In this document: positions 12,081 through 25,220 of the stretch, one piece after another
Layout of the letters: every line of letters starts with the position of its first letter
Position numbering within the stretch: position 1 is the stretch's first letter
From: Eledone cirrhosa
Taxonomy: Eukaryota
Reading direction: 5' to 3'
DNA length: 64,000 bases
Assembly (NCBI GenBank): GCA_964016885.1
Contig: OZ024747.1
Span: 88,164,001-88,228,000 of the forward strand
Program-made: the position numbers and the translations under genes
The notes under the pieces: model-generated
What the model saw: the letters and a program-made list of their open reading frames with translations, nothing else
Told to the model about the DNA's origin: nothing
Databases searched by the model: none

Positions 12081-14934
12081 TTTTATACTCTTACAGCCAT
12101 ACAATATTGTTTTAAGTAGTTAAAAAAACTTGTTATAAAAAAAAAAAGAACTATTTCACGAATGTCCATTAATGTCCATTTTCCATGCTAGCATGGGTTA
12201 GATGTGTTGTCCCATTAGAGGCAAGTTAGGTCAGGCGATTGTGTCTTGCTCATATAGAACTGATTCTGGGTAGGTTTCTATGGCTGGATACCCTTCCTAA
12301 AGCCAACCACATTTAGAGTGTGTGTGCTGGGTGCTTTTGTTGTGACATCTACATGACCACCTTACAGTGTGGGCTGGGTGCTTTTTATCGTGACACTTAC
12401 ACAACCATATCTCTTAGAAATTGTTGATGAAATTAATGAAACACGATTTGCTGCATCATTCTGTTGTATTGATTCCTCTGCAGTGTTTCTATACTTATAA
12501 ATCTACATCACTAGTAACTAGCTGACTGATGGTCAACTAATTGAAAGTGCTTTTTGTTGCATTACTTTCAAATATTCATAAAAGGTTGAATACATATAAA
12601 AGTGAGAAAACTCATTGCTAGAACAGCCGTTAAAACAGCTAAATGCTGTCAAAGACAGCGATGGGCAAAAATTCCTCGGAGGACAGAGACCAGCGGCCAG
12701 TGGTCAACAGAGAGACAATCCACAAGGTGGGTGTGTTAATTTTGGAAAAAATTCTTAAAACATTGAGTTTAATTGTTCTTTTGGTTTTATCTATCATCAT
12801 TATCATCATCATCATCACTGTTTAATGTCTATTTTCCATGCTTGCATAGGTTAGATGGTCATGAGTTAGCTGTCATGAGTTAGCTGTGCCATACCTTGCT
12901 CAGATGGAACTGTAAATTTGGTCATGATTTTTACAGCTGGATGCCCTTCTTACCACAGAGGTGTATTCTTGCTTTGTATGACTGTGTTCTGTGAGACCTG
13001 CTCTGGAAAATGCTGCAGGCATATGGGATCAATGTCTGTCTTATCTCACATAAAATCAAATCTATGAAATTTTTATATTTATTTTGAGAACAATACTTAA
13101 CATCAGTGTGAGTGGCTGGTTACAACTGGTTTTAACAGAAAGAGGTGAGAGAATTCTGGCTGGATACAGCTGACTAGTTATGGTTTTGAGTTTGATTACC
13201 AAACCAGGTGGTGCTTGAACAAAATACGGTATTTCTCATTACTCCAGTCTACTCAACTTGAAAAAATGAGTACCAGCATTAGCAACAGCAGCTGGCAATT
13301 ACTCCTCTGATAGAATGTCATCCTTTCTAAGGAAATGTCTGTTCTCTAATTCACTTAACACCAATGAAAGCAGGATAGTCTATGGCTTGATGGGATTTTG
13401 GACGGATTTTAGCCATAACTTAATGTGAGGTTAAGGTGCTTGCTGACCTATCACATAAAGAGTTTGTTGTGCCCTTCAACATGCCTCTATAATGCCTTGA
13501 TAATGGATGGTAAATCCAAAAGTGTTTGGGATCAATAAAATTGCTACTATTCTCACCATTCTCACTCTTTTCTTAGTCCTTTTATCCTATTTTCTATAAT
13601 TCCTATTACCTTGATACTTATAATCTCCTATGTATTGTTGGGCTTCCACATATTTTAACTTATTTCCTAGTTAAATTTGTATTTCTTATTCCATAATGCT
13701 GCAAGCAAACTACAACACTTTATCATGCCTTTATGTGTTTGAATGCCATGAGGATCTTCCACTCTTAATTTATTGTTGCATAGCTTCTGCTAGGAAGGTG
13801 ATCCAGCTGTAAATGCAATTATTCCAGCAATATATGAATAACCATACTTGCAAAATCCATCCTACACATGGCAGTCAGGAAAAATGGAAGTAAAACAGAA
13901 ATAAAACAAAACAATATCTAAAGTTTGCATATGAATTGTAAAAGATACATTGAAAATACTGTATGATGAAAGATATAAATATAGCTTTTAAACATTTGAG
14001 AAACAAGTAAATAAACACCCTTTAAGCATTGATCTCAGTTATGAAAGCTAGAAATGTATCAGTGATATTACATTTAGTGCAGATTCTTTTGTGTTTTAGC
14101 TCATAGCAAGTGTTTTTATTTTATTTTATATTTTTTGCTGTAAACATTTACCAGTTGATAATCTTGCTGTGTAAAGCTACATCCTGACACACTATATTTG
14201 ACTTTAAAGTAGTTATTGTATTACCATGATATTTTTATAATTTCTAAGCTGGCTATAAGATGTTATTGATATGTATTGATTTTTTTTTGAAAATCTAAGC
14301 GATATTTTCTGGAATCTGGTCTCTTTCCCGCTCCCCCCTCTCTCTCTCAGTTCTGTAGGAATTTATTAGGCATAGTTTCAATAATGTATATAATCTGACA
14401 AAACAGATGCACTGTCTTTGAGCTGGATCTGCATCAAGAATTCACTATCTTTTTAAAAGCAACTGTTAAAAATATCCCACTCACTCTCTACAACTTTACC
14501 ATGCTTAACAGAAATTTCATCTTTGTTGACAAGTGGCCAATTTTTATTGATATATGTGATTAAACGAAGCAAAAACATTTTATGATAAACATATTAAAGT
14601 GCTTCAGAGGCCACTCAAATTGAATATATTTGGTTATTTATTTATTTATTTGTTTATGGTCTTAAAAATTTGTTGCATTTAATACCAGGTTATTATAGTA
14701 TTACAACAGTTACACAGGAAGGAGACCATGTTTTCATAAATTTTAATCTCTTAATTTTACTGCAGGTAATTTGTTTAGATTTTATTAGCATAATTCAATG
14801 TGTAGGCATGGTTAATTTTCTCTTTTATTTCTCTGAATGATTTTCTGGAAAACTTAATATACAGAATCAATACATCATGGAAGAGTCATTTTAGCCATTC
14901 CAAAAATACACAAAATCTGTTAACTTCAATAGAA

Positions 14935-16980
14935 TGTTGTAGTTTGCTTGAAGCATTGTATATATAATATATAATGTGGAAAATGATATATGTAAGAAAG
15001 CCAAAACATTGCAAAATGGATGGTAAGATGAAGATAATGAAAAAGTCAGTTACCTGGTAATCTTTTTGTTGTTATTTTTCTTTTTCATCCTAATATTTCG
15101 GGACTTAAAATTCTTTTTTGTCAGGGTATAGGGAACTCTGTGAAAAATGTTCCCATCTATTCACTTTGAAATTAGATCTATTCCCATCTATTCCCATCTA
15201 TTCACTTTGAAATTAGATTTGAATTCAAAATTTATAAACCACTTGCAAGTGTTGTTTGATATTTGCTATAGTATCCACAAGAAACAGGAGGATGCCATCA
15301 ATTGCCATATGTATTATTTCATGAAATCAAATTTCTTATGTAAATTGTTATTGAGGTTGCATGTGTGTGCATGTAGGTATGTCAAGTATTGTATGCTGAG
15401 TTCCATTCTGTTATTTATTTGTGGGTTGAGTCTACATATAAGCAAGGCTTCCTTTATTCTTGAATTGACCACATTTCTCTCTCTGACTTCAATATTGACT
15501 GTTACATTTTTGTTGTTTCTGCATTTGTCAATGTGTTTTTTAAATGAGGATGCATGTGTGTTGAGGTGCTCTTTAATGCAAGTGTTGAGTGCTCAAGTCA
15601 TGCTACCAACGTACAACTTCTTACGTTTGTTGCATTCAATCCGGTACATCACATGTGTCCGCTCATATAATACTGTTGAAGGACATTAAATTTTATTGTA
15701 GCTTTAGAGAATAAATGGTATTGGATGGATATGCCTAAACTTTGCTCCTATAATATATTCAAGTCAAAATATGCGTGCTGAATATACTAAACTAACTGCT
15801 AGATAATTTGTACAGTTAAAATAATTCCCTAAATAAATAAATAAAATACTTGTTTACATTTTTCAAGTCTTTGTAGCTGGATACATGAGAACATGGTAAA
15901 TAAACATTGGTAAATAAACATCTTTTCTATATCATATGTGAAGCTTTTTCGTAGATTTTTAGATCATGGTATTCCATGACTAAGTTGGCATATGTTGGCA
16001 CTACTTTGGTACCCATGGCTGTTCCTGATTTCTGTCAGTAGTGTGTTTCATTGTATATAAAGTGATTGTTTTTTAGGATGAATTCAAGACTTCCTATGAT
16101 GAAGTTTCTGTTAATACAGTCTGGTAACTCATTTCAGATGTGTCTGATGAGGGGTTTTAATAAGATGTCAAGGAAATTACTTAGGCGATGTATCTCACAA
16201 ATTAGGCCTGTTATGATGGGTCTTAGTTTTAAGTCGATTGGTGTGGGTATAATTACACAGCTTGTTTTCATCATATTGCATGTCTCATTAATTAGTTTGT
16301 TTTTATGCACTTTAGGTAATCCAAACAGATTGCTTGTTTTACCTCTAGCATTTGTGAGATAGTTGAAATGGTGAAGGTTGTCTTGAAAAATCTCCTGATT
16401 AACCTTTCTTAAAATTTTTTGTGTGAGTCTCATCTATATTGGAGTTTTCTTTGATAAGGTGAATATTGGAGTTGTGTTGTGGGGGTGATGACAGTATGGG
16501 GTTTCGTGTTGTTGATTTTTGCTTTATTCAAAAAAGGATTTTTTTTTTGCTGTATTCTTTTTAAAATTCTTCTCCATAATTTGAGAACCAGTTGTTATTT
16601 TTCTCCCATCGACATAGGGAGGTTTGCTCTTCATTCTCACATTCTTGTTTCCATTGTTTTTTAAAGTGATCAAGTAGTTCTCCATCATATTTTTTAGGGA
16701 TTTCAGTTTCCATTTGTTCATTAATGCCCTTGTATTTTTGTTCATTTGTGTTCACCCTTAATTTCATGAGTTCAATTTTATTCTGCATTTTTTCAAGAGA
16801 CAGCTTTTGTGGTTCTGGTTCCTCATAGATTGGTTTAATTTGTAATTTTCTTGGCAATGTCAGAAGGGTTGAGGTCATCCAGTGCTCGTAAATCTCTGCT
16901 TTGTTATTGTTTTGTAGCATGTTCCAGAATATGAACTTTCTTAGATTGAGGTTCTTTATATATCCTCTATTCTGTTTTTT
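14935..16980 (-). mobile_element. Penelope-like element (PLE) remnant: N-terminal region, RT, GIY-YIG C-terminus and 3' repeat
   Basis: LFGLPKVHK...LRPIITG...LSNFLDILLKPL (16134-16433); GTAMGTKVVPTYANLVM near 15980-16030; KEALLICRLNPQINNRMEL near 15395-15455; many deletions and stops. Confidence 0.85.
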
Positions 16981-17650
16981 TTTATAGATTTGCTTAGCTA
17001 GGTTAAGTGGAATGTTGGTACGTATATGAGTTGGATGAGCGGATGTGAAGAGGAGGTACTGTTGGGAGTCAGTGGGTTTGAAAAATGTCTCTTTGTTGTT
17101 ATTAGTACGTCTAAGAAAGGGAATCTGCACAATAGTTTCAAACACAACAACAGACTAGAGGAGATGAACGATATACTCAAGAGAAAATACCTTCTAAATA
17201 TAATCAATGCTAGCATTTAAAAAGCAAAAAATATTAATATTCAAGTCCTCTGAGAAACGAAACCAAAAAAGAAAAAAAAAACATCATACAATACATCTCA
17301 ACCTTCAACCCCCAAAATGCAGAAATATATACACACATACAATTAAACCTACTTATACTTCAAAAAAGGCAAAAAAAAAAGAGAAACCTCTTACAAAAAT
17401 ATCTTATCATTAAGAATAAACAACAACTGAAATCATAAAAATAAACTACTGACAAGGGCAGAGCTACAAACCATAATTACAGAACCCCATGTGTAAAGAT
17501 TCAACCAACCCCATTGCAGAATGTGCAACTACCAAAGACGGACCCATATATATTAAAATTCATTTTAGGAAACATTTTAACACAAATGACACCATTTTTT
17601 AACTATAAACCTCAATTCACTTGAAGAAGCACAACTAACACTATATTTTT

Positions 17651-18372
17651 CTGGGACGAGCTGATAAATTCCGACCTCACACACTTACACCTCTCCAAGA
17701 CAATGTCACTGGACCGAGACCTTTGGCGGTACTCAGTAATAGAGAAGACCCGCCTTACCTAAATACAAAGTAAAACCTACTACAGTCAGTAGGCATCTCT
17801 AACAAAATACACCCCCCCGTCCCACCACCCCCACCCCATCCACACCGCCCCTTTCAATGTAAAGTTATGTTGGTGCCACAACATCCAGGCCGAAACAAAT
17901 GAGATCGTGTAGGTGTCACGACAAAAAAACACACAGTCCACGCTGTAATGTGGCCGTGTAGGTAACACGGTAAAAACCTCCCAGCCCCACACTAAATGTG
18001 GTTGGTGTTAGGAAGGGCATCCAGCTGTAGAAAACCCGCCAGACAGTCCACGCTGTAATGTGGCCGTGTAGGCAACACGGTAAAAACCTCCCAGCCCCAC
18101 ACTGTAAATGTGGTTGGTGTTAGGAAGGGCATCCAGCTGTAGAAAACCCGCCAGACAGTTCACGCTGTAATGTGGCCGTGTAGGCAACACAGTAAAAACC
18201 TCCCAGCCCCACACTGTAAATGTGGTTGGTGTTAGGAAGGGCATCCAACTGTAGAAAACCCGCCAGACAGTCCTATGTGAGCAAGACAATCACTCTTGCC
18301 TCAAGTGGGAAAACCCCCGTCCAAACCCATGCAAGCGTGGAACACGGACGTTAAACGTTGATGATGATGATG
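17651..18372 (+). mobile_element. Young RTE LINE 3' end with triplicated 3'UTR unit
   Basis: WDELINSDLTHLHLSKTMSLDRDLWRYSVIEKTRLT*, then the 3'UTR and (GAT)n tail; near-identical to 41508-42600 and 62536-63636. Confidence 0.9.
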
Positions 18373-18490
18373 TGTTTTTAACTGTATTTCTAACTATAAA
18401 CCTTTCTCGTGATACTTTGATGAGTGATATGTATATATTATCTGTCCTAATTTTTTTTTCCTGAGTGACTTTGTATCGGTATTTTAATTA

Positions 18491-18587
18491 AACTCTGATG
18501 GCCCCCCACGGTCTATACTCACTATTAGCAAATTGTTAAATAAAATGATTTGCTGTAACATAACCTGGGTAGAAACAATTGTCAGTT
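18491..18587 (+). ncRNA. Degenerate minimal type I hammerhead-like motif at a PLE end
   Basis: AACT-CTGATG(G)CCCCCC...GGGT-A-GAAAC-AATT-GTC-AGTT: stem I AACT/AGTT, palindromic stem III, GUC triplet; core A9 altered. Confidence 0.5.
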
Positions 18588-21132
18588 ATTAAATGTCTTA
18601 AACTCTTAAATTCTTTGGTTTGTAAACAAACTGTATATTTATTGTCGTTAGAAGTATATTATTATCACTGCTGCTACAGTGGTGGTTGACTATGTAGTCA
18701 GTGTTGTTGTTGTCTTGACTGTAGCTGTCATCAGTGGTTATATCACCCACCCTCAAAGTCTATTTTATTACTCTCACTATATAACAAAATTTAGTTACAC
18801 ATAGACTAGTGTCTTTCAGAAGTCCCCCCCCCCCTCCCTGTATTTTGGGGAAAGATATTCCTTTGATAATTTACGACCACAAACCTGTGGTAGGGACATG
18901 AGACCAGATTCACTAATTGACGCACAGATAACGCCTCGTTCCACAAATTGTAAACACAACGGCTGAGAAGACCGTTTAAGAACTTATATGTCAGCTGGAT
19001 GCACGAGAAAAAGGATTGGTTTTCTGCTTGCGATATATCACAAAATCAGATTTTCACACACACACATTCAATGACACACGTGCAAGTGCCAAATCTTTCT
19101 ATAGTTGATTTCCATGATATCATATTGCTTTCAGCAGAAAAAAGTGTTTTTATAAAATGTTTCCAAACTAGATGAAGCATGTTTGAAAGTCATTCATTAT
19201 TAAATAAGTCCCTGTTGTTTTAGAGACACTGAACTAAAGCAAAATTGTATTTGATGTAATCTGTAATATTTATTTATTAAGATAAGAGTTTGGAATAGGT
19301 TTTTTTTTTAGGAATGCTCTTTGGGATAGACAATATCTACAGTAAATAAAAATGGAATTTTCATCAATCTTGTTTGGCAATTTATTTAGCCTGATGTCAT
19401 GTTACGATTATATCAGTTGCATCTTTGTAGAGTTTTTATAACTGTTAATACACACAGATACTTATTATATTCAATTTTACTTTATTTGTGTTGTAATAAT
19501 ATTTATATGTTATAAGGCACCTTAGTCTCTGATACACTACTTCACTATATCTGTTCAACGATATTGAACTTCACAGCATCTAAAGCGAAGACACACAATC
19601 TTGTGGTTAGAGTGTTGGACTCAGTCTTAAAATTGTGGGTTCAATTTCTGGATCATATATGTTGTCCTAGAACAAGTTACTTCATTTCACATTTTTCCAA
19701 CCCACTTAGCTGAAAAAAGAAACCAGCATCAGCAGCTGCTGGAGGTTAATTCTTGTAATGGATAAGGGTTATTATTTAAAAATAACATCCCCCAAAACAT
19801 TCTACGAGTTGTAAGGAAACCAGCTAAACCTATATATGTGTGAGCTGTAACAACATCTAAAGTAGAGTATCAGTGATCATGTCATAGATGTGACTTTCAT
19901 ACTGTATCATCATCAGCAGCATTGTCATCGTTTTTACATCCATTTTTCTATGCTTGCATTGGTCAGACAAGTTTCCTCCAAGTAGAGCTTTCTTCCACTT
20001 GTCACATTCTTTCTTCATCATCTCTGTGAGATCAGCTCTCACCATTTCTGCCCAGGTTTTCCTCCTTTCGTTTCCTTGCAACTTCCTTCCACTTGGAGCT
20101 CCTGGTCGTTTTTCACCCATTATATAATGTTATTACCATAAAATAGTAAACTAAGTTACTGTCTTAGTAAAAACTTGATTGTGTTTTATTAGAAACATAG
20201 TCATGAAAGGGTTAATGTCCATTTTTCCAGTGAACAAGGTTTGGATGATTCATCACAGACCAAGTGATTACTTAATCAGAGCTATTCGGTTCTCAAATGG
20301 GCTGGCAGCTGCATTTCACTTACATATATTCCTGCACTTTACAGAGTGCGCTGGGTGTATTTCATCATAGCACCATCACTAGGGAGGCTGTCATGTCTTA
20401 GGCACAACTGAAGAGTCCTCTTAACTCTTTGTTTGACAAGTTTTCTATAGCAAAATGTCCTTATCACCAACAAGAAATAAATGATAAATATTCAGTGAGA
20501 TTAACAGATTTTTTTAATCGCTAAAACGACACTTCCATGATGTAATTGCTTTAGTTTCAACACAGTCTTAGAATCAAGTCACTTGCCAAACAAGTACAAC
20601 TCCAAACTTAATTTGTTATTTACTTATATATATATATATATATATATGTATCTGTATATAACTTTATATACAGTAAAATGCATATGTAATCTATAGTTTT
20701 TTTTTAATTATTATTTTCATTTCTATTGTTAGAATGAAGTTATGAATTAATTATTTTCATTTTCTCGAAATGTAAATAAATATAATGCACAAGAATATTG
20801 TATATTTTCATTTCTCTCAAAATTATTTTCATGCTGTTTATGTATAAAATTATATACCAGATCGTTTTTTGCTTCCATTTATCATTGATGAAATATTAAT
20901 GTTTATAGAGTATTTAACAAATATATAATATTACTTATCATTTGAAACTAACCCTTTTCATACCAAAGTGCCCGAAATCATTCCTGGTTCTATGGTACAA
21001 AAAAGGTTTATTTTAAAGAGTTTATATTTATCTAAATCCCTATTATAAAAACAAAATTTGTTTTTGCTCTTAACATGGTGGATGCCTAAATGTATTCGTC
21101 AGTGAATAATAATATTATATTATTATTAATAT

Positions 21133-21325
21133 ACGGTGAATTGGCATTATCAGTAGAGGGTTGGACGCCATGCTTTCTAGCATAGTTACATCCTTTTACG
21201 GTCTGAGTTTAAATCCCGTCAAGGTTAACTTTGCCTTTCATCCTTACGGGGTCGATAAAATAAAGTACCAGTAATGTACTGGGTAATTGCTGGCCTTGTG
21301 CCTAAAGTAGAAACAATTATTATTA
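21133..21325 (+). mobile_element. tRNA-like SINE (octopus-type)
   Basis: GGTGAATTGGCA head, B-box-like GAGTTTAAATCCC, core TTTGCCTTTCATCCTTACGGGGTCGATAAAAT, (ATT)n tail. Confidence 0.75.
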
Positions 21326-21614
21326 TATTATCATCATTCACTCCTGAATACACCTACTATAATAATTTCATGTAAGAACCTTCGTTAATTTATGCTCCAA
21401 TAATAATCAAAGTATTTTTAGAGATTCTAAAAATACTTTGATTATTATTTTGAAACTTATCCAAAAATCATTAGAAATATAGTAACAAAAGGGTAAATTT
21501 ATTATTTTTACAATGTTTTTGTCATTACTTTTACAATATTTGAAAGTTATTGCAAACCATAGTTTTAGTTCACTTTTTTTTAATGTAATTTTCTTCTTTT
21601 CTTTTTATTTTTAG

Positions 21615-21668
21615 AGATATTTCTTTTTAGACAAAGGAATTTTAGTTTATGCCAAATCCCCAAATGAA
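21615..21668 (+). CDS. OSBPL6: OSBPL3/6/7-family exon (PH domain, 54 nt)
   Basis: Polypyrimidine tract plus ttag| acceptor, |gtaagt donor; RYFFLDKGILVYAKSPNE continues the PH motif (RFFxLDKGILxYAKS) in phase 0. Confidence 0.92.
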
Positions 21669-21844
21669 GTAAGTATCGTATATTTTATCTCTTATTTTTA
21701 TACTTGCATTAAGTAAAATTCGAAAGAAATTTCATAAATATTGAATAAAAGAAATTGATCAATATATTTGCTCTTTCCATAACAATCTCTATACAAAAAA
21801 CAGGTTTTATTGTAAAAAAATGCAAGTGTATTTTGTGGTTATGA

Positions 21845-22030
21845 AAGCGGAAAGGAAAGGCAAGGGCGCTAGGGTCACAGAAGAATGGCACATTCCCGTG
21901 GACAATGGCCAGCAACACCCGCTTCCCCTCGCAGGGCTTCCTCCTCAGACAGGCTGCTGACGCTCTGATCTTATGGAGGAGCTCAGCAGTAGGGGGTCCA
22001 AGTATGCTTGATGGTGGCCAGTACAAAGAA
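21845..22030 (-). repeat. Unclassified GC-richer dispersed repeat, homologous to 54085-54340 (+)
   Basis: Shared GCATACTTGGACCC...GAGCTCC...CGTCAGCAG..TCTGAGGA.GAAGCCC...CTGGCCATTGTCCAC...GCCCTTGCCTTT. Confidence 0.6.
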
Positions 22031-23044
22031 GTGGCTGGATAATCTCCGGTTTTTGTTTATCTTCCTTTCTTCTGCATTGCGGGTCACAGTATCCGGGTTT
22101 GTGGCCAAAGCAACTAATCTGACTAATGGTAACAGCATAAATCAATAAATGAAAGGTTGTCCAATTTTTTATTTAACCATTCTCTGTTTGAAGTGCAAAA
22201 GCTCAGGTGGACATTCTCTCATGATCCCAGAGTAAAAAGAATTATAAACACTGCTCAAATTGGGGTATAGAACCTTTTGCTCCTTTCCCTCTCCTTTTCT
22301 TTCATTGCTTAATTCTTTTTTTCTTTTTCTCCTTTTTTGTTTCCTTATTGCCATGTATATTGTAAAGTTTTTATCACATTTTTCATTTAGTTTAATTAAA
22401 ATGAACCTCTTTTTCTAATGCAAATTTCATTGAAGATATTTGCAATTCCTCATTACATTCGTGTACTGTTTTATTATAATTTTAGATAACATTCAATTTC
22501 AAATTATAATAATTATTAAATGTTTGGTATTGAAACATAGCAAATTAAAATATACCAAGATATAACATTTTAAATTTATTCCATTTCATCTTTAAGTTAC
22601 AATAGTTGTTAGGTTAGCCATAAATAAATTTTGGTTATTAATATATGTTAATATATTGATTTCTAACATTGGCACAAGTTCAAAAGTTTGAGAAGAGGAT
22701 TCAAATGATTAAATCAACCCCAGTACTTTATCTCACTTCTCCCGGAGGATGAATGGTAACGTCGATCTTAGCAAGAATTTGAATTCAAAATGTGAAGGGC
22801 TGCAACTAAATACTATAAGGCATGTTATCTGATACTCTGCTGATCTGCCATCCACTGTCCATCTAATACATTAAAAAAATACAGACACTCTTTAAATGTA
22901 ACCTACACATCTTATGGCATCTTGAAGTTATAACCATTTATATTTCCACTGATACAAACATTCTCTTGGAATTTATGCTTCAGCAGTTAACTTCAAATAT
23001 TCGTATGTCTGAACAATTATACATAAATAGGCAAAAGCCATGCC

Positions 23045-23412
23045 TGGTAAATATGTATAATAATTGTTTCTACATTTGGCACAAGGCCAGTAATTATCTC
23101 AATACATTACTGGTACTCTATTTTATCGACCCCGTAAGGATGAAAGGCAAAGTTAACCTTAACGGGATTTGAACTCAGAAGGTTAACTTTGCCTTTCATC
23201 CTTACGGGGTCGATATGTATAATAATTGTTTCTACTTTTTGACACAAGGCCAGCAATTATCTCAGTACATTACTGGTACTTTATTTTATCGACCCCGTAA
23301 GGATGAAAGGCAAAGTTAGCCTTGGCGGGAATTGAACTCAGATCGTAAAGAGACGTAACTATGCTGGAAAGCATAATCCAACCCTCTACCGATACTGCCA
23401 ATTCACCGCCCT
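23045..23412 (-). mobile_element. Tandem SINE copies (one full, one partial) of the same family as 21133-21325, with a snap-back junction
   Basis: Reverse complement closely matches 21133-21325; B-box GAGTTCAATTCCC. Confidence 0.75.
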
Positions 23413-25220
23413 TCGATATGTATAATAATGCATAAAAAACATAAGATATATTAGTTGTGTAGTACCTGACATATAAGTTATGCATATAAAATAGCTTCCT
23501 TCCCAAAGTCATACATATAGATCTTCAAGTGAATCCATATCAACTTGCAACCAGTTGGTTTGAACAGAATATGGTTGTGAGTCAGGGGAGCACCTGTACT
23601 TTTGTTAACAATTTAAAATTCCAATGTTAACCATTTCTGATAAAATAATTTTACAAAGAATAACAGATAATGAAATAAATTATCTTATTAATACATATTC
23701 ACAACTATGCACAAACCATAATATTGTGTTTAACAAAGTACAGTTCATGCTTGCTACTAGGAGACTTCTTTTTAGTTTGCTATTCTGTTAGTTTATTTTT
23801 TTTCTGTAAATGTTGGTGGCAGCTGTAACAAAAATGAGTGAAGTGGATCCATTGAGTGTAGCACTCTAGTAGAGAAATTTTATTCCAATTAAATTTATAA
23901 TGTTTATATAAAAAAAAGTTGGTTTTCATATTACACTATGATTCAAGCAAAATGTTACACTCTGTTTAATTGTTTATGATTTGCACATGCAACAAATAAA
24001 AAATAAAGAGAAGAGAAATGGAAGATAATTTAAATGTTTGATATGATATTCAATATAAAAAATATCTAATAAAATACTTCAGTCATGGGTTTCCAGGCCC
24101 AGTCCCACTGCAGGGCATCTTGGGCATGTGTCTGTTAGCATAGCCTTGGGTCAACTCAAGCTTTTGAGATTGACTGTATCTCTAATTTAAAGGGCTAAAC
24201 TTGTTATACACTATGTTATATTTAATCTCCCTGTACACTAAGAGTGCATGTGTTTGTAGAATATCCAGCCACTTAAATTTTGATTCAATATTGATCAAAC
24301 AAGTGGAACACTCATCATTTTTAGGTATTTGCCATTATGTTGAATAGTGTTTCACTTAATCTAGGATCCCCTTCATCACAAATGACCATGGAATTTGCAC
24401 CTAGAAAGTTTCCCTCCTAGGCACAAACCTGGGCAAGGTTGTTTTTGTGGAAGACCAGCAGTCACCCATGAATACCAGTCGCCCCTTGCCATGCCACCAA
24501 GGTTGTCCTAGGGAAAGTCAAAGGCTTTGCACCAGTGACATCGAAACTCATTTCTATAGCTGCGTGAACTGGAGCAATGTGATATAAAGTGTCTTGATCT
24601 AAGAGGCAATGTATCACCCAATCTGGGAATCAAACTCACCACCTCATGAGTTGAATCCAGCTCTCTAATCACTATTTTTGCTATTATATTATACCAGTTT
24701 TGTTAACAACCTAAAGCATTATTCTAGTCTCTATTACATTTCATACAATGTTCTGTGTTTCCCAGTTTTTAGAATAGGTACACAGTATGCCTGCATATTG
24801 TTAAAGGTGATGAAGAGTTAGCATTTGGAAGGGCATCTGACTATAGAACATTGCTTCCAGAAGGATCCAATGATGAGCATGAAGCCTTTTAGTTTAGTTC
24901 TTCCTTTAACAGTGGAAAATGGCCTTAAAATTGTCTCACATTTTATGCAATACAAAAAAAGACAAAAATAAAAAACAGTTTTATTATGGTAAACTGTTAA
25001 ATAATTTTTCTACAGCTTCAATTTTACCATGTGCAGCTAGCAGAACAGATCAATAATTTCAATAATTTTTTTTATTATATAAAAATTTAATGGAATTCTT
25101 GGAGCAATTCAACCAACCTTACTTGTTTGTTTTTTTAAATCGTTGTGAATGCTGTTCTTCAGACATTGTTCTATTTTTATTGAGAGTTTAAATTTGTTTT
25201 GTTTTCTACTACACTTTCAG

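Larger units (their letters stand above)
16985..18640 (+). mobile_element. Second PLE fragment (RT thumb to 3' repeat), 5' part inverted, interrupted by an RTE insertion
   Basis: Minus strand 16985-17125 gives PFLDV..KPTDSQQYLLFTSAHPTHIRTNIPLNLAK; plus strand from about 17125 continues ICTIVS..RLEEM...PYISTFNP...PHCRMC; hammerhead-like motif at 18491-18587. Confidence 0.7.

Noticed and set aside
15147-15689. 180-aa plus-strand ORF
   Set aside because: Antisense shadow of the minus-strand PLE GIY-YIG region; no recognisable protein.
17934-18272. CRISPR-like repeat array
   Set aside because: Units are fully repeated with no unique spacers, lie in a LINE 3'UTR of a eukaryote, and there are no cas genes.
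21133-21220. tRNA gene
   Set aside because: Only A/B-box-like SINE heads; no cloverleaf can be folded here or at other copies.
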